Below, piece by piece: positions 32,238 through 45,298 of a stretch of 64,000 bases of DNA. Origin of the DNA: Haemophilus parainfluenzae. Lineage in GTDB: Bacteria; Pseudomonadota; Gammaproteobacteria; Enterobacterales; Pasteurellaceae. The stretch covers positions 6,562-70,561 of the forward strand of contig CAUQBI010000012.1 in NCBI GenBank assembly GCA_963516375.1, given 5' to 3'. The notes beneath the pieces were generated by a model. The model was not told the DNA's origin. It did no database searches and worked only from the letters and a program-made list of their open reading frames with translations. Numbering within the stretch: the stretch's first letter is position 1; the number at the start of each line of letters is the position of its first letter. A program made the position numbers and the translations under genes.

Positions 32238-32693
32238 ATGTCAGATCAATTAACTAAAGCATTTAAAGAACTGCTCAATCAAGAACGATTTGCTTCTCAA
32301 AGTGAAATTGTTGAAGCCTTAAAAAACCAAGGATTTCAAAGCATTAACCAGTCTAAAGTTTCACGCATGCTAAGTAAATTTGGCGCAGTTCGTGCAAGAA
32401 ATACGAAAATGGAAATGGTGTATTGCTTACCAAGTGAATTAAGTGTACCCGCTACTAGCAGCCAATTAAGAAATTTGGTTTTGGATATTGATCACAATGA
32501 TTTCGTTATCGTCATTAAAACCTCTCCAGGCGCTGCACAGTTGATTGCTCGCTTATTGGATTCCATTGGTAAACCCGAAGGAATTTTGGGCACGATTGCA
32601 GGAGATGACACGATATTTGTCACCCCAACAAAAAATACAACAATTAAAGCGCTTTTAGCACAAATTCAAGCACTCTTTGAAAGCAGCTTATAA
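32238..32693 (+). CDS. argR: Arginine repressor
   Basis: [22 protein letters not shown] and GTIAGDDT; divergent from mdh. Confidence 0.96.
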   Translation: MSDQLTKAFKELLNQERFASQSEIVEALKNQGFQSINQSKVSRMLSKFGAVRARNTKMEMVYCLPSELSVPATSSQLRNLVLDIDHNDFVIVIKTSPGAAQLIARLLDSIGKPEGILGTIAGDDTIFVTPTKNTTIKALLAQIQALFESSL

Positions 32694-33577
32694 TGAATAT
32701 CTTAGTAACCGGTGGAACAGGATTTGTTGGAAAAGCTTTAGTTACAGCACTACTGTCACGTGGTGATAGCGTTACAGTATTGACTCGCTCTATTGAAAAA
32801 GCCCAATCTGTTTTTCCTGAAAAAACACTTCAATTTTTGACCGCACTTTCAATACTCAAAGACTTAAATGCCTTTGATGCGGTTATTAATCTTGCCGGAG
32901 AGCCAATCTTCGATAAAAAATGGACGGTTCAACAAAAAGAAAAACTGCGTCATAGCCGAATTAATTTAACACAACAGCTTGTCCAACTTATTAACCAAAG
33001 TGAATATCCCCCAGCTCTGATTTCAGGTTCTGCAACTGGAATTTATGGAAACTGCGGTGACGAGCAGATCACTGAAAACACAAATCCAAGTACTCAATTT
33101 ACCGCACAGCTTTGCATTGATTGGGAAAATGCGGCAAAGCAAGCCAACACAAGAGTCTGTTTAGTGAGAACCGGATTAGTACTTTCTCCAAAAGGCGGGG
33201 CTTTTGCTAAAATTCTACCGCTCTATCGCTTTGGATTAGGCGGCAAATTAGGGAATGGTGAGCAATATTGGAGTTGGATCGCGTTAGAGGATATGGTAAA
33301 AGGCCTTCTCTTCTTACTTGATCATAACTGTTGCGAAGGAGCATTTAATTTTACTGCGCCACATCCTGTTAAAAACAATACCTTTAACCAATTATTAGGT
33401 AAAGCATTACATCGTCCTTGTTTTGCTCAAGTACCTCAATTTTTATTAACTACTATTTTAGGCGAGCGCGCTTGCATTCTTTTAGACAGCCAAAATGTCT
33501 ATCCAAAACATTTGCTGGATTGTGGGTTTACATTCAAATATTCAGAAATAAGTGATTATTTCCATAATATATTTTAA
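32693..33577 (+). CDS. yfcH: TIGR01777/YfcH family NAD-dependent epimerase-like protein
   Basis: TGGTGFVG, VINLAGEPI, SGSATGIYG and GLGGKLGNG. Confidence 0.88.
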   Translation: MNILVTGGTGFVGKALVTALLSRGDSVTVLTRSIEKAQSVFPEKTLQFLTALSILKDLNAFDAVINLAGEPIFDKKWTVQQKEKLRHSRINLTQQLVQLINQSEYPPALISGSATGIYGNCGDEQITENTNPSTQFTAQLCIDWENAAKQANTRVCLVRTGLVLSPKGGAFAKILPLYRFGLGGKLGNGEQYWSWIALEDMVKGLLFLLDHNCCEGAFNFTAPHPVKNNTFNQLLGKALHRPCFAQVPQFLLTTILGERACILLDSQNVYPKHLLDCGFTFKYSEISDYFHNIF

Positions 33578-33623
33578 AAACAAAAGGCTGGCCAAAACCA
33601 GCCTTCATTATTTTTCATATTCA

Positions 33624-34940
33624 TTATGCTAAATATTCTAAAAATTCCCCTACGGTGTGGAAAGATCCAAATACCAGCACAATGTCATTTTTATCCGCAG
33701 TTTTAACCGCTCTTTTCACACCTTCAACAACAGAATCTTCAGAAACACTTTTTGCAGATGAGCAAACAGTTGTTAATTTTGCATTTAAGTCATCACCAGA
33801 TTGACCGCGGTAACCGCCTAATGTGACACAATACCATTGGTCAATAATGGAAGTAAGCTGGGTAAACACCGACTCGGCATCTTTATCTTTTAACATTCCG
33901 CAAACGGCAATAATGCGACCTGATATTTGTGCGTTAAGTGCGGTCAATTTCTCGGCTAAATATTTTGCTGCATGAGGATTATGCCCTACATCGATGATTA
34001 CTTTTGGTAACTGTGTATATGATATATTCAAGCGTTCTGCCAATTTTTCTAATTGATTACCTTTTAATTGTTGGAAACGACCTACCAATTCCACTTCAAT
34101 TAATGAACGTTTGATTGTATCGACAGAAATATCAAAAGGCAGCTGTTCAACGGCAGCCAAAGCTGTTGCGGCATTAGCTAATGGAATTTGGCAAAACGGC
34201 AAATTTTCTAACCGCACTTTATTACTCTGCCACATCCAAGTTTGCTCATTGGCTTTAAATGACCAATTAACATCTCGACGTGAAACGTGGCAATGTAATT
34301 TCTCCGCTTGTTCTAGCATAGGGTGCGGAATATTCGGCTCACCAATCACAACGGGTATATTCGCTCGAAAAATGCCTGCTTTTTCAAAGCTAATTTCTTC
34401 ACGCGTTGAACCCAGAAAATCCGTATGATCAATATCAATACTGGTGATAACCGCTAGATCATTATCCACAATATTCGTTGCGTCCAAACGCCCACCCAGC
34501 CCCACTTCCAAGATCACGACATCAAGCTTCGCTTGTTTAAATAAATGTAAAGCCGACAACGTGCTAAATTCAAAATAAGTAAGAGACTGCGTTTTATGCT
34601 TTTCGATAAAATCAAAAGAAGCGGTATGCATTTCATCCGGCAAGTCTTGATTTTGAATACGAACACGCTCGTTATAACGCAATAAATGCGGTGAAGAATA
34701 CACACCCACACGCAAGCCGTGATTTAACAAAACGGTTTCAAGCAAACGGCAAGTCGTGCCTTTACCATTTGTGCCCCCTACCGTGATCACATAAGGTGCG
34801 GGATTCAAAAGGTCCAGTTCTTCTGCTACTGACTTAATACGCTCTAGCCCTAAATCAATCGCTTTGAAGTGACTGTTTTCCAAATAAGAAAGCCACTCAG
34901 CGAGTGGCGAAGTGGCTTTTAAATTCATTGTATTAGGCAT
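33624..34940 (-). CDS. folC: Bifunctional dihydrofolate/folylpolyglutamate synthase
   Basis: [35 protein letters not shown] and VFGSF. Confidence 0.96.
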   Translation of the reverse strand: MPNTMNLKATSPLAEWLSYLENSHFKAIDLGLERIKSVAEELDLLNPAPYVITVGGTNGKGTTCRLLETVLLNHGLRVGVYSSPHLLRYNERVRIQNQDLPDEMHTASFDFIEKHKTQSLTYFEFSTLSALHLFKQAKLDVVILEVGLGGRLDATNIVDNDLAVITSIDIDHTDFLGSTREEISFEKAGIFRANIPVVIGEPNIPHPMLEQAEKLHCHVSRRDVNWSFKANEQTWMWQSNKVRLENLPFCQIPLANAATALAAVEQLPFDISVDTIKRSLIEVELVGRFQQLKGNQLEKLAERLNISYTQLPKVIIDVGHNPHAAKYLAEKLTALNAQISGRIIAVCGMLKDKDAESVFTQLTSIIDQWYCVTLGGYRGQSGDDLNAKLTTVCSSAKSVSEDSVVEGVKRAVKTADKNDIVLVFGSFHTVGEFLEYLA

Positions 34941-35823
34941 TTTCAACAACTTCTACTTCAACAAAAGGTGAAGGTTGATTGGTGAGTTTGCTTAAAAGGT
35001 TTCCAAGGGTTGAACGCATTTCTGAACGTTTCACGATCATATCAATCGCCCCTTTCTCGAGTAAGAATTCACTACGTTGGAAGCCTTCTGGTAATTTTTC
35101 ACGTACGGTTTGTTCGATAACACGTGGGCCCGCAAAACCGATTAATGCTTTTGGCTCAGCAATGTTTACATCACCTAACATCGCAAAACTTGCAGATACC
35201 CCACCTAATGTTGGGTCAGTTAAGACAGAAATAAACGGTACGCCTTTTTCACGCATTTTTGCTAATACTGCACTAGTTTTTGCCATTTGCATTAAGGAGA
35301 AAAGTGCTTCTTGCATACGTGCACCACCACTTGCAGAGAAACAAACAAACGGACAATTTAATTCCATTGCTTTTTCTGCTGCTTTCACAAATTTTGCACC
35401 CACAACCGATCCCATTGAGCCGCCCATAAAGCTAAAGTTTGAAGCAGCAACAACAATCGGCATATTGTAAAGTGTACCTGTCATTGTGATTAACGCATCT
35501 TTTTCGCCCGTTTCTTTTTGAGCTGCAGAAATACGATCTTTATATTTTTTTAAATCTTTAAATTTAAGAATATCTTTTGGTTCTAAATCAGCCGATAATT
35601 CTTGGCTTGAACCTTCATCTAACAAGGCTAAAAGGCGCTCACGAGCATCAATACGCATATGATGACCGCACTTTGGACAAACATATAAATTACGTTTTAC
35701 TTCTTCGCCGTAAAGAACTTGTTCACAAGAGGTACATTTTGTCCAAACCCCTTCTGGTACGTTAGCTTTACGTGATGCAGAGGAAGAGGTTCCTTTGCTA
35801 AAAATTCTATCAATCCAGCTCAT
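34933..35823 (-). CDS. accD: Acetyl-CoA carboxylase carboxyltransferase beta subunit
   Basis: C4 zinc finger, [16 protein letters not shown] and [11 protein letters not shown]. Confidence 0.98.
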   Translation of the reverse strand: MSWIDRIFSKGTSSSASRKANVPEGVWTKCTSCEQVLYGEEVKRNLYVCPKCGHHMRIDARERLLALLDEGSSQELSADLEPKDILKFKDLKKYKDRISAAQKETGEKDALITMTGTLYNMPIVVAASNFSFMGGSMGSVVGAKFVKAAEKAMELNCPFVCFSASGGARMQEALFSLMQMAKTSAVLAKMREKGVPFISVLTDPTLGGVSASFAMLGDVNIAEPKALIGFAGPRVIEQTVREKLPEGFQRSEFLLEKGAIDMIVKRSEMRSTLGNLLSKLTNQPSPFVEVEVVENA

Positions 35824-35888
35824 TTTTTACCTTTTTTATTAACTAGAAAAGTTTGCGTATTTAATCATAATTTAGCGAAATTTGCTAG

Positions 35889-36683
35889 TCAGATGAGATT
35901 ATCTTCTAAAAACAACGGCCCTAAATTTTTCTGTGGAATCGCAAATTTTTCAGGGTAAATGACATTCACTAAATATAAGCCTTCGGGTTTCGCTGTTGGA
36001 GCAGCTAATTTACGATCTTTTTGCTCTAACAACCATTTCATCCACTCAACAGGTTGATTGCCTGCGCCGACTTCAATCAGGCTTCCCACAATGTTGCGTA
36101 CCATATGATGCACAAAGGCATTCGCTTGAATATCTACAATAATATACTGCCCTTTTCGCACCACATTTAAATGATGCACATTTCGCCAAGGGGTATTTGA
36201 TTGACACTGTGCCGCACGGAAAGAAGAAAAATCATTTTCGCCCAATAAAAACTGCCCCGCTTGGTGCATTTTCTTTTCGTCCAAATCTAAATGGCAATGG
36301 GTAATTCCTTCCGGCAAAATGGCTGAACGTAATTTATTACAATACAAAATATAACGATAGCGACGTGCGGTTGCCGAGAAACGAGCATGAAATTCATCAT
36401 CCACCACTTTTGCCCAACTCACTGAAATATCATCAGGTAAATTTGCATTGGTACCAAATGCCCAGGCTTTTTCAGGGCGAACTGCTGTAGTTTCAAAATG
36501 CACCACTTGCCCCATGCCATGCACACCAGAGTCTGTTCTGCCTGCACAAAACACGTCAATTTTTTCATTTGCCACAAAAGATAACGCTTTTTCTAATTCT
36601 TCTTGTACACTACGCACTTTCTCTTGTCGCTGCCAGCCACAATACTGTTTTCCGTTATATTCAATGCCTAAGGCTATCTTCAT
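35889..36683 (-). CDS. truA: tRNA pseudouridine(38-40) synthase
   Basis: [16 protein letters not shown] and [12 protein letters not shown]. Confidence 0.97.
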   Translation of the reverse strand: MKIALGIEYNGKQYCGWQRQEKVRSVQEELEKALSFVANEKIDVFCAGRTDSGVHGMGQVVHFETTAVRPEKAWAFGTNANLPDDISVSWAKVVDDEFHARFSATARRYRYILYCNKLRSAILPEGITHCHLDLDEKKMHQAGQFLLGENDFSSFRAAQCQSNTPWRNVHHLNVVRKGQYIIVDIQANAFVHHMVRNIVGSLIEVGAGNQPVEWMKWLLEQKDRKLAAPTAKPEGLYLVNVIYPEKFAIPQKNLGPLFLEDNLI

Positions 36684-36786
36684 TGGAAAATACTCCTAAA
36701 ACGATTTCAAATTTGACCGCACTTTGCCCGAAAAGAAAAAACACCAATAACTCATCATTATTGGTGTTCTTATCACAAGCTAAAAA

Positions 36787-37074
36787 TTAAGCACGTTTGA
36801 AATCAATGTGAACCAATTTTGGTTTGAATGGGTGACGTTGCATTGCTTGAACTTTCACTGCAACTTCTTTACCTTCAACCACTAAAGTGATTACATCGCT
36901 ATAGAAAGAATCGTGAGCTTGTGCGTTGTTTAATTCATCATGATTTAAGATGATTGAAACAGGTGCTTCGCTGCCACCATAAATGATTGCAGGGATTTGA
37001 CCGTTGTGACGCAGGCGGCGGCTCGCACCCTTACCTTGCGCTTGACGAACTTCAGCGTTAAATTTAAATGCCAT
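36787..37074 (-). CDS. rplY: 50S ribosomal protein L25
   Basis: [22 protein letters not shown] and HIDF. Confidence 0.98.
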   Translation of the reverse strand: MAFKFNAEVRQAQGKGASRRLRHNGQIPAIIYGGSEAPVSIILNHDELNNAQAHDSFYSDVITLVVEGKEVAVKVQAMQRHPFKPKLVHIDFKRA

Positions 37075-37199
37075 TTTAATGTTCTCTTGATTAAAAGTTT
37101 AAAATAAAAAATTGCAGGCGACCCAGCAATTTTCCTAAATTTGCTCAAAGACAAACTTTGAGAGCGACGGATTATAAAATATTCAGCCCCACAATGCAA
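37075..37199 (-). promoter_or_regulatory. rplY promoter and structured L25 autoregulatory leader
   Basis: TTGCAT-N17-TATAAT (37199-37171); leader hairpin aattgctgggtcgcctgcaatt (~37108-37134) resembling gammaproteobacterial rplY leaders. Confidence 0.65.
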
Positions 37200-37300
37200 A
37201 TTTACACAGCAAATTTTTTCTAGGCTTTTCAAGGCAAAGCGATTAAAATAAGCCCCAATTTTTAATTAATTTTAACTAACTGATTGTAAGTGGGTTTCAA

Positions 37301-37909
37301 ATGGAATTTCTTATCAGCTTTTTTACCGATTACGGTTATTGGGCGGTGCTGTTTGTTCTTATTATTTGTGGCTTTGGTGTACCCATTCCAGAAGATATCA
37401 CGCTCGTATCCGGTGGCGTAATTGCTGGTCTTTATCCTGAAAGTGTCAATTCCCACTTAATGTTAGTCGTGAGTATGATTGGCGTACTTGCTGGCGATTC
37501 AACCATGTACTGGCTTGGTCGCATTTACGGGACGCGTATTTTACGTTTCCGACCAATGCGTAAAATCGTCACATTAGAACGCCTTAAAATGGTACGTGAA
37601 AAATTTGCCCAATACGGCAACCGCGTTTTATTTGTGGCTCGTTTCCTTCCTGGATTACGCGCACCAATTTATATGGTTTCAGGTATCACCCGCCGCGTCA
37701 GTTACACTCGCTTTGTATTCATTGATTTCTGCGCTGCGATTATTTCCGTGCCAATTTGGGTTTACCTTGGTGAATTTGGTGCGAAAAACTTAGATTGGTT
37801 ACACGAGCAAATTAAAAAAGGCCAACTCGTGATTTATATCCTAATCGGTGTTTTAGCTCTATACCTATTTTGGAAATGGAAAAAAGCGAAGAAATCCAAA
37901 GCCAACTAA
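37301..37909 (+). CDS. dedA: DedA family membrane protein
   Basis: GVPIPED, AGDSTMYWLGR and ARFLPGLR. Confidence 0.88.
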   Translation: MEFLISFFTDYGYWAVLFVLIICGFGVPIPEDITLVSGGVIAGLYPESVNSHLMLVVSMIGVLAGDSTMYWLGRIYGTRILRFRPMRKIVTLERLKMVREKFAQYGNRVLFVARFLPGLRAPIYMVSGITRRVSYTRFVFIDFCAAIISVPIWVYLGEFGAKNLDWLHEQIKKGQLVIYILIGVLALYLFWKWKKAKKSKAN

Positions 37910-37923
37910 TCTCATACAATTCA

Positions 37924-37971
37924 ACAAAAAGTGCGGTAAAAAACAACATCGTTTTCTACCGCACTTTTTTC
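37924..37971. terminator. Bidirectional USS-pair terminator
   Basis: AAGTGCGGTa (37929)...tACCGCACTT (37958) between convergent genes. Confidence 0.78.
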
Positions 37972-37978
37972 ATTCCAA

Positions 37979-38590
37979 CTAAGCTTTAGCTGCTAAATAT
38001 CGTTCCACAGTATCCACAATCGCTTGCGTTTGCGGATCAATTTCAATATTCACTAAATCGCCAATTTGGCGTTTGCCAATCAGAGTTCTATGTAAGGTTT
38101 CAGGGATTAAATTCACGCAGAATTCATCACCTTTCACTTCACCAATGGTAAGGCTTATGCCGTCAATGGCAATAAATCCTTTGGTGAGTATATATTTCAT
38201 CACGTCTTTAGTAGGTAATTTAAACCAAATCTGACGATTGTTTTCACTTTCGATAATCTGTGAAACGCTTGCAGCACAATAAACGTGGCCCGATAAAATA
38301 TGCCCACCAATCTCTGCGCCCATTTGCATTGCACGTTCGATATTCACAAAATCCCCTGCTTTTAAGCTGCCGAGATTGGTGATACGCAAGGTTTCCTGCA
38401 TTAAATCAAAGCTTACAAGATCGTCGTGAATTTCAGTCACCGTTAAGCACACGCCATTATTCGCCACGGATGCACCGATTTCTAAGCCTTTTCGCATTTC
38501 AGCTGGTAATTTTACGATCTGTGTTCTAAAATTATCGCTGTCTTTAATTGCATAAATTTGGGCGATGCCCTGTACAATACCTGTAAACAT
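37979..38590 (-). CDS. ribE: Riboflavin synthase alpha chain (ribC in E. coli nomenclature)
   Basis: N-terminal [28 protein letters not shown] and DGISLTI. Confidence 0.95.
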   Translation of the reverse strand: MFTGIVQGIAQIYAIKDSDNFRTQIVKLPAEMRKGLEIGASVANNGVCLTVTEIHDDLVSFDLMQETLRITNLGSLKAGDFVNIERAMQMGAEIGGHILSGHVYCAASVSQIIESENNRQIWFKLPTKDVMKYILTKGFIAIDGISLTIGEVKGDEFCVNLIPETLHRTLIGKRQIGDLVNIEIDPQTQAIVDTVERYLAAKA

Positions 38591-38620
38591 TATTATTCCT
38601 TCATTAAAAATTTTTCCAAT

Positions 38621-38629
38621 ATTATAGCA
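38621..38629 (-). promoter_or_regulatory. Extended -10 promoter for riboflavin synthase
   Basis: Minus-strand TGcTATAAT 30 bp upstream of the ATG. Confidence 0.5.
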
Positions 38630-38635
38630 AAATTT

Positions 38636-40033
38636 ATGAATTCTCGTCTTTTTTCTCAATACCGTATTGATATTCAAAAACTTATCCGAATTGCAACACC
38701 TATCGGTCTTGCCCAGTTAGCTCAAACTGGCATGGGTACCGTGGATGTGATTATGGCGGGGCGTGTGAGCTCGGCTGATGTGGGTGGTGTCGGTATTGGT
38801 GCCTCTATTTGGCTACCTTTGGTACTTTTCGGACAGGGCTTATTACTCGCCTTGCCACCAACAATTTCTTATTTAAATGGATCTGGGCAGCGCCATCGTA
38901 TTGCTCATCAAGTGAGACAAGGCCTTTGGATTTCATTTTTAGTGATGATACCCCTTGCACTTATCATCTATCATAATGATTTCATACTGCAGTGTATGAA
39001 TATGGATGCCCACATGGCAGATGTGACGATGAATTATTTGCGTGCGATGGTGTGGGGATTACCTGCCTATTTATTGCTGATTAATTTCCGCTGTTTGAAT
39101 GATGGCATTGCCAAAACAAAACCCGCCATGGTGATTACCTTCATGGGGTTAATGCTGAATATTCCGCTGAATTATATGTTTATTTACGGCAAATTTGGTG
39201 CGCCTGCATTGGGCGGTGTCGGTTGTGGTGTAGCAACGGCTATTGTTAACTGGGCGATGGCAATTTTGATGATTACCTATTCTGCCAAAAACTATAATGA
39301 ACGTAGTTTGAAAGTCTTTGAAAAGATTATTGAAAAGCCTGACATCAAAACACTGAAAAAATTGACCGCACTTGGCTTGCCTATTGCTATTGCGCTGTGC
39401 AGTGAAGTCTCACTATTTGCGTTAAGTAGTTTATTACTTTCCCCATTAGGTGCAGATGTGGTCGCCAGCCACCAAATTGCCTTAAATACTAGTGCCGTAG
39501 CCTTTATGTTCCCCATGTCTATTGCCATGGCTGCCACCATTTTAGTGGCGCAAGAACTGGGTAATCATGCACCACAAAAAGCAAAAATCATGGCTCACGC
39601 CGCTATTATTCTTGGCTTGATTGCGGCAAGTGTATTGGCGTTGGTGATTTGGGTATTTAGTGCAGAGATTGCCGAATTAATTGTGGGTGATAATGCCACC
39701 GTTATTGCTCTTTCAGGCAGCTTATTAGCGATGGCAGCGATTTATCAATTTTCAGATTCAGTACAAGTCGTTGTGAGCGGTATTTTACGTGGCTATAAAG
39801 ACACTAAAATTATCCTTTATATCACGTTACTTGCTTATTGGGGCGTAGGTATCCCTGTTGGTTATATTCTTTCCCGCACGGATTGGATTGTTCCAAGCAT
39901 CGGCGCAAAAGGCTTCTGGGTAGCCTTTATCATTGCCTTAACCATTGCCGCCGCTTTACTCTTTATGCGTATGCGAAAAATCCAATCACAACCTGATGAA
40001 GCCATTATTCAACAGTTAGAAAGATTAAAATAG
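38636..40033 (+). CDS. norM: MATE multidrug efflux transporter (NorM/HmrM/MdtK)
   Basis: [25 protein letters not shown] and GILRGYKDT; divergent from riboflavin synthase as in E. coli. Confidence 0.9.
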   Translation: MNSRLFSQYRIDIQKLIRIATPIGLAQLAQTGMGTVDVIMAGRVSSADVGGVGIGASIWLPLVLFGQGLLLALPPTISYLNGSGQRHRIAHQVRQGLWISFLVMIPLALIIYHNDFILQCMNMDAHMADVTMNYLRAMVWGLPAYLLLINFRCLNDGIAKTKPAMVITFMGLMLNIPLNYMFIYGKFGAPALGGVGCGVATAIVNWAMAILMITYSAKNYNERSLKVFEKIIEKPDIKTLKKLTALGLPIAIALCSEVSLFALSSLLLSPLGADVVASHQIALNTSAVAFMFPMSIAMAATILVAQELGNHAPQKAKIMAHAAIILGLIAASVLALVIWVFSAEIAELIVGDNATVIALSGSLLAMAAIYQFSDSVQVVVSGILRGYKDTKIILYITLLAYWGVGIPVGYILSRTDWIVPSIGAKGFWVAFIIALTIAAALLFMRMRKIQSQPDEAIIQQLERLK

Positions 40034-40076
40034 TTAAAGTGAAAAGTGCGGTCGAATTTGACTGCACTTTTGTCTT

Positions 40077-41552
40077 TTACATCACCACTACATCAAATTG
40101 TTCTTGGTTGTAGTACTGCTCTGTTTTAACTTGAACCTGTTTGCTGATGAACATTTCGATCTCTGGCAATAAACCGTGCGATTCCTCTTTAATTAAGTAA
40201 TCCGCCACAGCTGGAGAGGCATAAACCACAAATTGTTCGCTCGAGAATAAGTGGTTAACGCGAATGATTTCACGCATAATTTCATAGCATACCGTTTCGA
40301 CGGTTTTCACGCGTCCACGTCCTTGGCAAGTAGGGCATTCATCACACAAAACGTGCTCTAAACTTTCGCGAGTACGTTTACGGGTCATTTCCACCAAGCC
40401 AAGTTGAGTAAAGCCATTTACATTGGTTTTTACGCGATCTTTTGATAGGGCCTCTTCCAAGGATTCAATCACGCGATTGCGATGCTCATCGGTTTGCATA
40501 TCAATAAAATCAATAATGATAATACCGCCTAAATTACGCAGTTGTAACTGCTGTGCAATGGCTTTAGTGGCCTCAATATTGGTGTTAAAAATTGTTTCAT
40601 CTAAATTTCGATGGCCAACGAAAGCACCTGTATTGATATCAATAGTCGTCATGGCTTCGGTTTGCTCAATAATGAGATAGCCGCCCGATTTTAAATTCAC
40701 GCGTTTTTCAAGTGCATTTTGAATACCACGTTCTACGCCATAAATATCAAAAATCGGCTGACTGCCCGTATAAAGCATCAATTTTTCACTTAATTCCGGC
40801 ATAAATTCATCGGTAAATTCTTTCACTTCGTTAAAACAAAGTTTGGAATCGATATGAATTTTCTCTAAATTGGCACCGATAAAATCACGCAAAATACGCT
40901 GTGGCAATGCGGGTTCGCCATAAATTTTAGAACGGGTTGGATATTTGCCTTTACGCTCAAGCACTTTACGCCATAAACGTTTTAAAAATTCCGCATCTTG
41001 GCGTAACTCTTCTTCTGTTGCGCCTTCGGTGGCAGTACGAATAATAAAGCCACCTAACTCATCACAAAAAGGCTCAACAAGCGCTTTTAATCTTGCTCGC
41101 TCTTCTTCGCTTTCAATACGTTGTGATACCCCAACATGGCTATTTTCTGGCATAAATACAAGATAACGAGAAGGCAATGTAATATCCGTGGTTAATCTTG
41201 CGCCTTTGGTGCCCAAAGGATCTTTTACTACTTGTACCACGATATCCTGCCCCTCGCGTACGAGTTCAGAAATGCTTTTTGCACGGAATTGCTTTTGTTC
41301 ATTCACATCTACACACTCGGTATGTGAAACAATATCGGAAGCGTGTAAAAATGCCGCTTTTTCTAAACCGATATCTACAAACGCGGACTGCATCCCCGGT
41401 AAAACACGGGTTACTCGTCCTTTATAAATATTCCCCACGATGCCTCGTTTGGCTTGACGTTCAATATGAACTTCTTTTAAAACGCCCGTTTCCACCAGCG
41501 CAACGCGGGTTTCATTGGGCGTAACATTCATTAATAATTCAACAGAATTCAT
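40077..41552 (-). CDS. rng: Ribonuclease G
   Basis: GNIYKGRV, PGMQSAFVDIG, IDINTG and LRNLGGIIIIDFIDM. Confidence 0.97.
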   Translation of the reverse strand: MNSVELLMNVTPNETRVALVETGVLKEVHIERQAKRGIVGNIYKGRVTRVLPGMQSAFVDIGLEKAAFLHASDIVSHTECVDVNEQKQFRAKSISELVREGQDIVVQVVKDPLGTKGARLTTDITLPSRYLVFMPENSHVGVSQRIESEEERARLKALVEPFCDELGGFIIRTATEGATEEELRQDAEFLKRLWRKVLERKGKYPTRSKIYGEPALPQRILRDFIGANLEKIHIDSKLCFNEVKEFTDEFMPELSEKLMLYTGSQPIFDIYGVERGIQNALEKRVNLKSGGYLIIEQTEAMTTIDINTGAFVGHRNLDETIFNTNIEATKAIAQQLQLRNLGGIIIIDFIDMQTDEHRNRVIESLEEALSKDRVKTNVNGFTQLGLVEMTRKRTRESLEHVLCDECPTCQGRGRVKTVETVCYEIMREIIRVNHLFSSEQFVVYASPAVADYLIKEESHGLLPEIEMFISKQVQVKTEQYYNQEQFDVVVM

Positions 41553-41669
41553 TTTTTCGACCTTAGTTTTAATGGTATAAGTCTATCGAAAAGGAAAATA
41601 GAATAATAGACCCAAATAAGGTAAAATATGACCTTTCTCAAATTTTCATGACTTTTTTTGGGGTATTTA

Positions 41670-43184
41670 ATGTTTGGTTTAGACCCAACACTTATTACTT
41701 TTAGTATTTATATTTTCGGCATGATTTTAATCGGTGTCCTTGCCTATTATTATACAAACAACTTATCCGATTATATTTTAGGCGGCCGTAAACTCGGGAG
41801 TTTTGTGACCGCCATGTCTGCAGGCGCATCTGATATGTCCGGCTGGTTATTAATGGGCTTGCCGGGTGCGGTGTATGTGTCTGGCCTGGTTGAAGGTTGG
41901 ATCGCCATTGGTTTAATCCTTGGGGCTTATTTTAACTGGTTGCTCGTAGCTGGTCGTTTACGGATCTATACCGAATTTAACAACAATGCACTCACATTAC
42001 CGGAATATTTCCACCATCGCTTTGGCACATCACATAATCTCTTAAAAATTGTATCTGCAACAATCATCTTAGTCTTCTTTACTATTTATTGTGGTTCCGG
42101 TGTGGTTGCGGGGGCGAAATTATTCCAAAACCTATTCTCAGTCGACTATTCCACCGCCATTTGGTACGGCGCATTAGCGACTATCGTCTATACCTTTATC
42201 GGTGGATTTTTAGCCGTAAGCTGGACGGACACCATTCAAGCCACATTGATGATTTTTGCACTGATTTTAACGCCGCTCTTCATCTGTTTAAGTTTGGGTG
42301 ATACATCACAATTTACAGAAGTGCTACATCAAGCTGAAATCGCAGCGAATAAAGACTTTACCGATTTATTTAGTTCTACCACGCCATTAGGTTTATTAAG
42401 TTTGGCGGCTTGGGGATTAGGTTATTTTGGTCAACCGCATATTCTTGCGCGTTTTATGGCTGCTTACTCGGTGAAATCTCTCATTAAAGCACGCCGCATC
42501 AGTATGACATGGATGGTGATTTGCCTCGCCGGTGCGATTGGTATCGGTTTCTTCGGGATTCCTTATTTCTTTGCTAACCCCAATGTGGCTGGCTTGGTAA
42601 ATAATGAACCAGAACAAGTATTTATTGAACTGGCTAAATTACTCTTTAATCCATGGATTGCTGGTATTCTACTCTCTGCGATCTTAGCAGCTGTAATGAG
42701 TACACTTTCCGCTCAATTATTAATTTCTTCAAGTTCTATCACTGAGGATTTTTATAAAGGTTTTATTCGTCCAAACGCTTCTGAAAAAGAACTCGTCTGG
42801 TTAGGTCGCGCAATGGTTTTAGTTATCGCAGGTATTGCGATTTGGATTGCACAAGATGAAAACAGCAAAGTATTAAAACTCGTTGAATTTGCCTGGGCTG
42901 GCTTTGGTTCTGCATTTGGCCCAGTCGTGCTTTTCTCCTTATTCTGGAAACGTATGACTTCATCAGCGACGATGGCTGGCATGGTTGTCGGTGCAGTGGT
43001 TGTCTTTGCTTGGAAATCGGTGATTCCTGAAACCAGTGAATGGTTTAATGTCTATGAAATGATCCCTGGATTCATCCTTGCTAGCCTGGCGATTATTGTG
43101 GTTTCTCTCCTTTCCGCAGAACCTGAAAATGAAGTTAAAGAAACCTTTGAGAAAGCAGAAAAAGCCTATAAGGAAGCAAAATAA
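41670..43184 (+). CDS. putP: Sodium/proline symporter
   Basis: [30 protein letters not shown] and AWAGFG. Confidence 0.96.
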   Translation: MFGLDPTLITFSIYIFGMILIGVLAYYYTNNLSDYILGGRKLGSFVTAMSAGASDMSGWLLMGLPGAVYVSGLVEGWIAIGLILGAYFNWLLVAGRLRIYTEFNNNALTLPEYFHHRFGTSHNLLKIVSATIILVFFTIYCGSGVVAGAKLFQNLFSVDYSTAIWYGALATIVYTFIGGFLAVSWTDTIQATLMIFALILTPLFICLSLGDTSQFTEVLHQAEIAANKDFTDLFSSTTPLGLLSLAAWGLGYFGQPHILARFMAAYSVKSLIKARRISMTWMVICLAGAIGIGFFGIPYFFANPNVAGLVNNEPEQVFIELAKLLFNPWIAGILLSAILAAVMSTLSAQLLISSSSITEDFYKGFIRPNASEKELVWLGRAMVLVIAGIAIWIAQDENSKVLKLVEFAWAGFGSAFGPVVLFSLFWKRMTSSATMAGMVVGAVVVFAWKSVIPETSEWFNVYEMIPGFILASLAIIVVSLLSAEPENEVKETFEKAEKAYKEAK

Positions 43185-44149
43185 TGATTGATTTTCGTCC
43201 TTTTTATCAACAAATTGCCACCACAAATTTATCTGCTTGGCTAGAAACATTGCCTTTGCAGTTAAAAGAATGGGAAAAACAAACCCATGGTGATTATGCA
43301 AAATGGTCAAAAATCGTGGACTTTCTCCCTGATTTGCAGGCAGATACTATCGATTTAAAAAATGCCGTAAAATCTGGCCGCACTTCCCCACTTTCAGAGG
43401 GCGAAAAACAACGCATTGTCCATCATTTAAAACAATTGATGCCATGGCGAAAAGGACCTTATCATTTATTTGATATTCACGTGGATTGCGAATGGCGTTC
43501 TGATTTCAAATGGGATCGAGTTTTACCTCATCTTGCACCATTAAAAGATCGTACCATTTTAGATGTGGGCTGCGGTAGCGGCTACCATATGTGGCGGATG
43601 GTTGGTGAAGGTGCAAAAATGGTAGTCGGTATTGATCCAACCGAACTTTTCCTTTGCCAATTTGAAGCCGTTCGAAAATTATTAAATAACGATCGTCGAG
43701 CGAACTTAATCCCATTAGGTATTGAAGAAATGCAACCACTTGCGGCATTTGATACCGTATTCTCAATGGGCGTGCTTTATCATCGTAAATCACCGCTTGA
43801 TCATCTCACTCAACTAAAAAATCAATTAGTAAAAGGTGGCGAATTGGTGTTAGAAACCTTAGTGGTTGATGGTGATGCCAATACGGTCTTAGTGCCTTCA
43901 GATCGCTATGCAAAAATGAAGAACGTGTATTTTATTCCTTCCGTTGCAGCTCTCATTAATTGGTTGGAAAAAGTCGGCTTTACTAATGTGCGTTGTGTGG
44001 ATGTCGCCACTACAACATTAGAAGAACAGCGTAAAACGGATTGGTTAGAAAATGAAAGTTTGATTGATTTCTTAGATCCAAATGATCACAGCAAAACCAT
44101 CGAAGGCTATCAAGCCCCAACTCGCGCAGTGATTTTAGCCAATAAATAA
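43184..44149 (+). CDS. cmoB: tRNA 5-methoxyuridine(34) carboxymethyltransferase
   Basis: [27 protein letters not shown] and DRYAKM. Confidence 0.96.
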   Translation: MIDFRPFYQQIATTNLSAWLETLPLQLKEWEKQTHGDYAKWSKIVDFLPDLQADTIDLKNAVKSGRTSPLSEGEKQRIVHHLKQLMPWRKGPYHLFDIHVDCEWRSDFKWDRVLPHLAPLKDRTILDVGCGSGYHMWRMVGEGAKMVVGIDPTELFLCQFEAVRKLLNNDRRANLIPLGIEEMQPLAAFDTVFSMGVLYHRKSPLDHLTQLKNQLVKGGELVLETLVVDGDANTVLVPSDRYAKMKNVYFIPSVAALINWLEKVGFTNVRCVDVATTTLEEQRKTDWLENESLIDFLDPNDHSKTIEGYQAPTRAVILANK

Positions 44150-44159
44150 TAGTTTAAAT

Positions 44160-44204
44160 AAAAAGAGCGGTCAAAAAATTCAATGTTTTTTTGACCGCTC
44201 TTTG
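44160..44204. terminator. Bidirectional terminator from a variant USS pair (AAGAGCGGT)
   Basis: aAAGAGCGGTcaaaaaa...ttttttgACCGCTCTTt. Confidence 0.75.
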
Positions 44205-44209
44205 CTTTT

Positions 44210-45298
44210 CTATTTTAAGGCAATATGCACTGTAATCTCTTCACGATCGTGATACAAATGCTTCGCCTGAATATCAAATTCCAGTTCTTTTTCTGCTAAC
44301 ATCACCGCAAGATTTTCTAAGCACAACATTACTTCTTGATAGCGTTTTTTCATTGGTAATTTCAAATTGAAAATAGTTTCTCGACACCAGCCGTTAATCA
44401 ACCATTTTCCAATTAAATTCGCAATTCGACTTGGTTGCTCCACCATATCACACACAAGCCAATCAATATGCTTACGTTTTGGTGGTTGGAATTTAAATCC
44501 ATCTTCTGGGCAATGTTCTATTCTGCCGGTATCATGCAAACTTGCCGCCATTTTGCCGTGATCAACCGCATACACAAATAAACCACGTTTCACTAATTGA
44601 TAGGTCCAGCCGCCAGGACAAGCACCGAGATCGACGCCAACCATATTTTCATTCAAGCGTTTACTTTCTTCATTTCGAGGAATAAAGGTTAAAATCGCCT
44701 CTTCCAATTTTAAAGTTGAACGGCTTGGTGCATCCGCTGGGAATTTTAAACGTGGGATTCCCATAAAGTGGGTAGAATTATTACCAAGATAGGAATACCC
44801 CACATAGCAACAATTCGGCTGCGTGAAAAAACAATGCAAAATCTGACTGCGTTTTGCATTTGGTTTACCTTGTAACCAACCTTTCTTTTTTAATGCTTGG
44901 CGCAATGGCACGGTAAATTTTCGGCAAAATGTCGAAAGCTCTTTGGCTTCATTCGTATCTGCTGTTTCAACAAATAGCTCTACCGCTTGCTTAAGATTAA
45001 TGTCTTCTGCAATGCGTTCATATTGAGCCAGAATTGGCGAGATACGATCTTGAGGATCGAGATTTTCTAAGAGATCTGAAACAACGATCATTTGACGCGC
45101 AAAAATCAAACGATTAAAAGGGATTTCTCGCGCTAAACGATCTGCATCACCCGGTTGATAACATTCAAAAATGACATAGCCGCTGTCTTCTACTACGCGA
45201 GCAAAACCAAATACGCCACGCTCAGAAGCTCGATCGGTAATTTCTGCGGCCACTTCTTTTTCAAAACCAATTCGACAATATAAGGCTAATTTATTCAT
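44210..45298 (-). CDS. rlmM: 23S rRNA C2498 2'-O-methyltransferase
   Basis: [22 protein letters not shown] and LVCDMVE. Confidence 0.96.
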   Translation of the reverse strand: MNKLALYCRIGFEKEVAAEITDRASERGVFGFARVVEDSGYVIFECYQPGDADRLAREIPFNRLIFARQMIVVSDLLENLDPQDRISPILAQYERIAEDINLKQAVELFVETADTNEAKELSTFCRKFTVPLRQALKKKGWLQGKPNAKRSQILHCFFTQPNCCYVGYSYLGNNSTHFMGIPRLKFPADAPSRSTLKLEEAILTFIPRNEESKRLNENMVGVDLGACPGGWTYQLVKRGLFVYAVDHGKMAASLHDTGRIEHCPEDGFKFQPPKRKHIDWLVCDMVEQPSRIANLIGKWLINGWCRETIFNLKLPMKKRYQEVMLCLENLAVMLAEKELEFDIQAKHLYHDREEITVHIALK

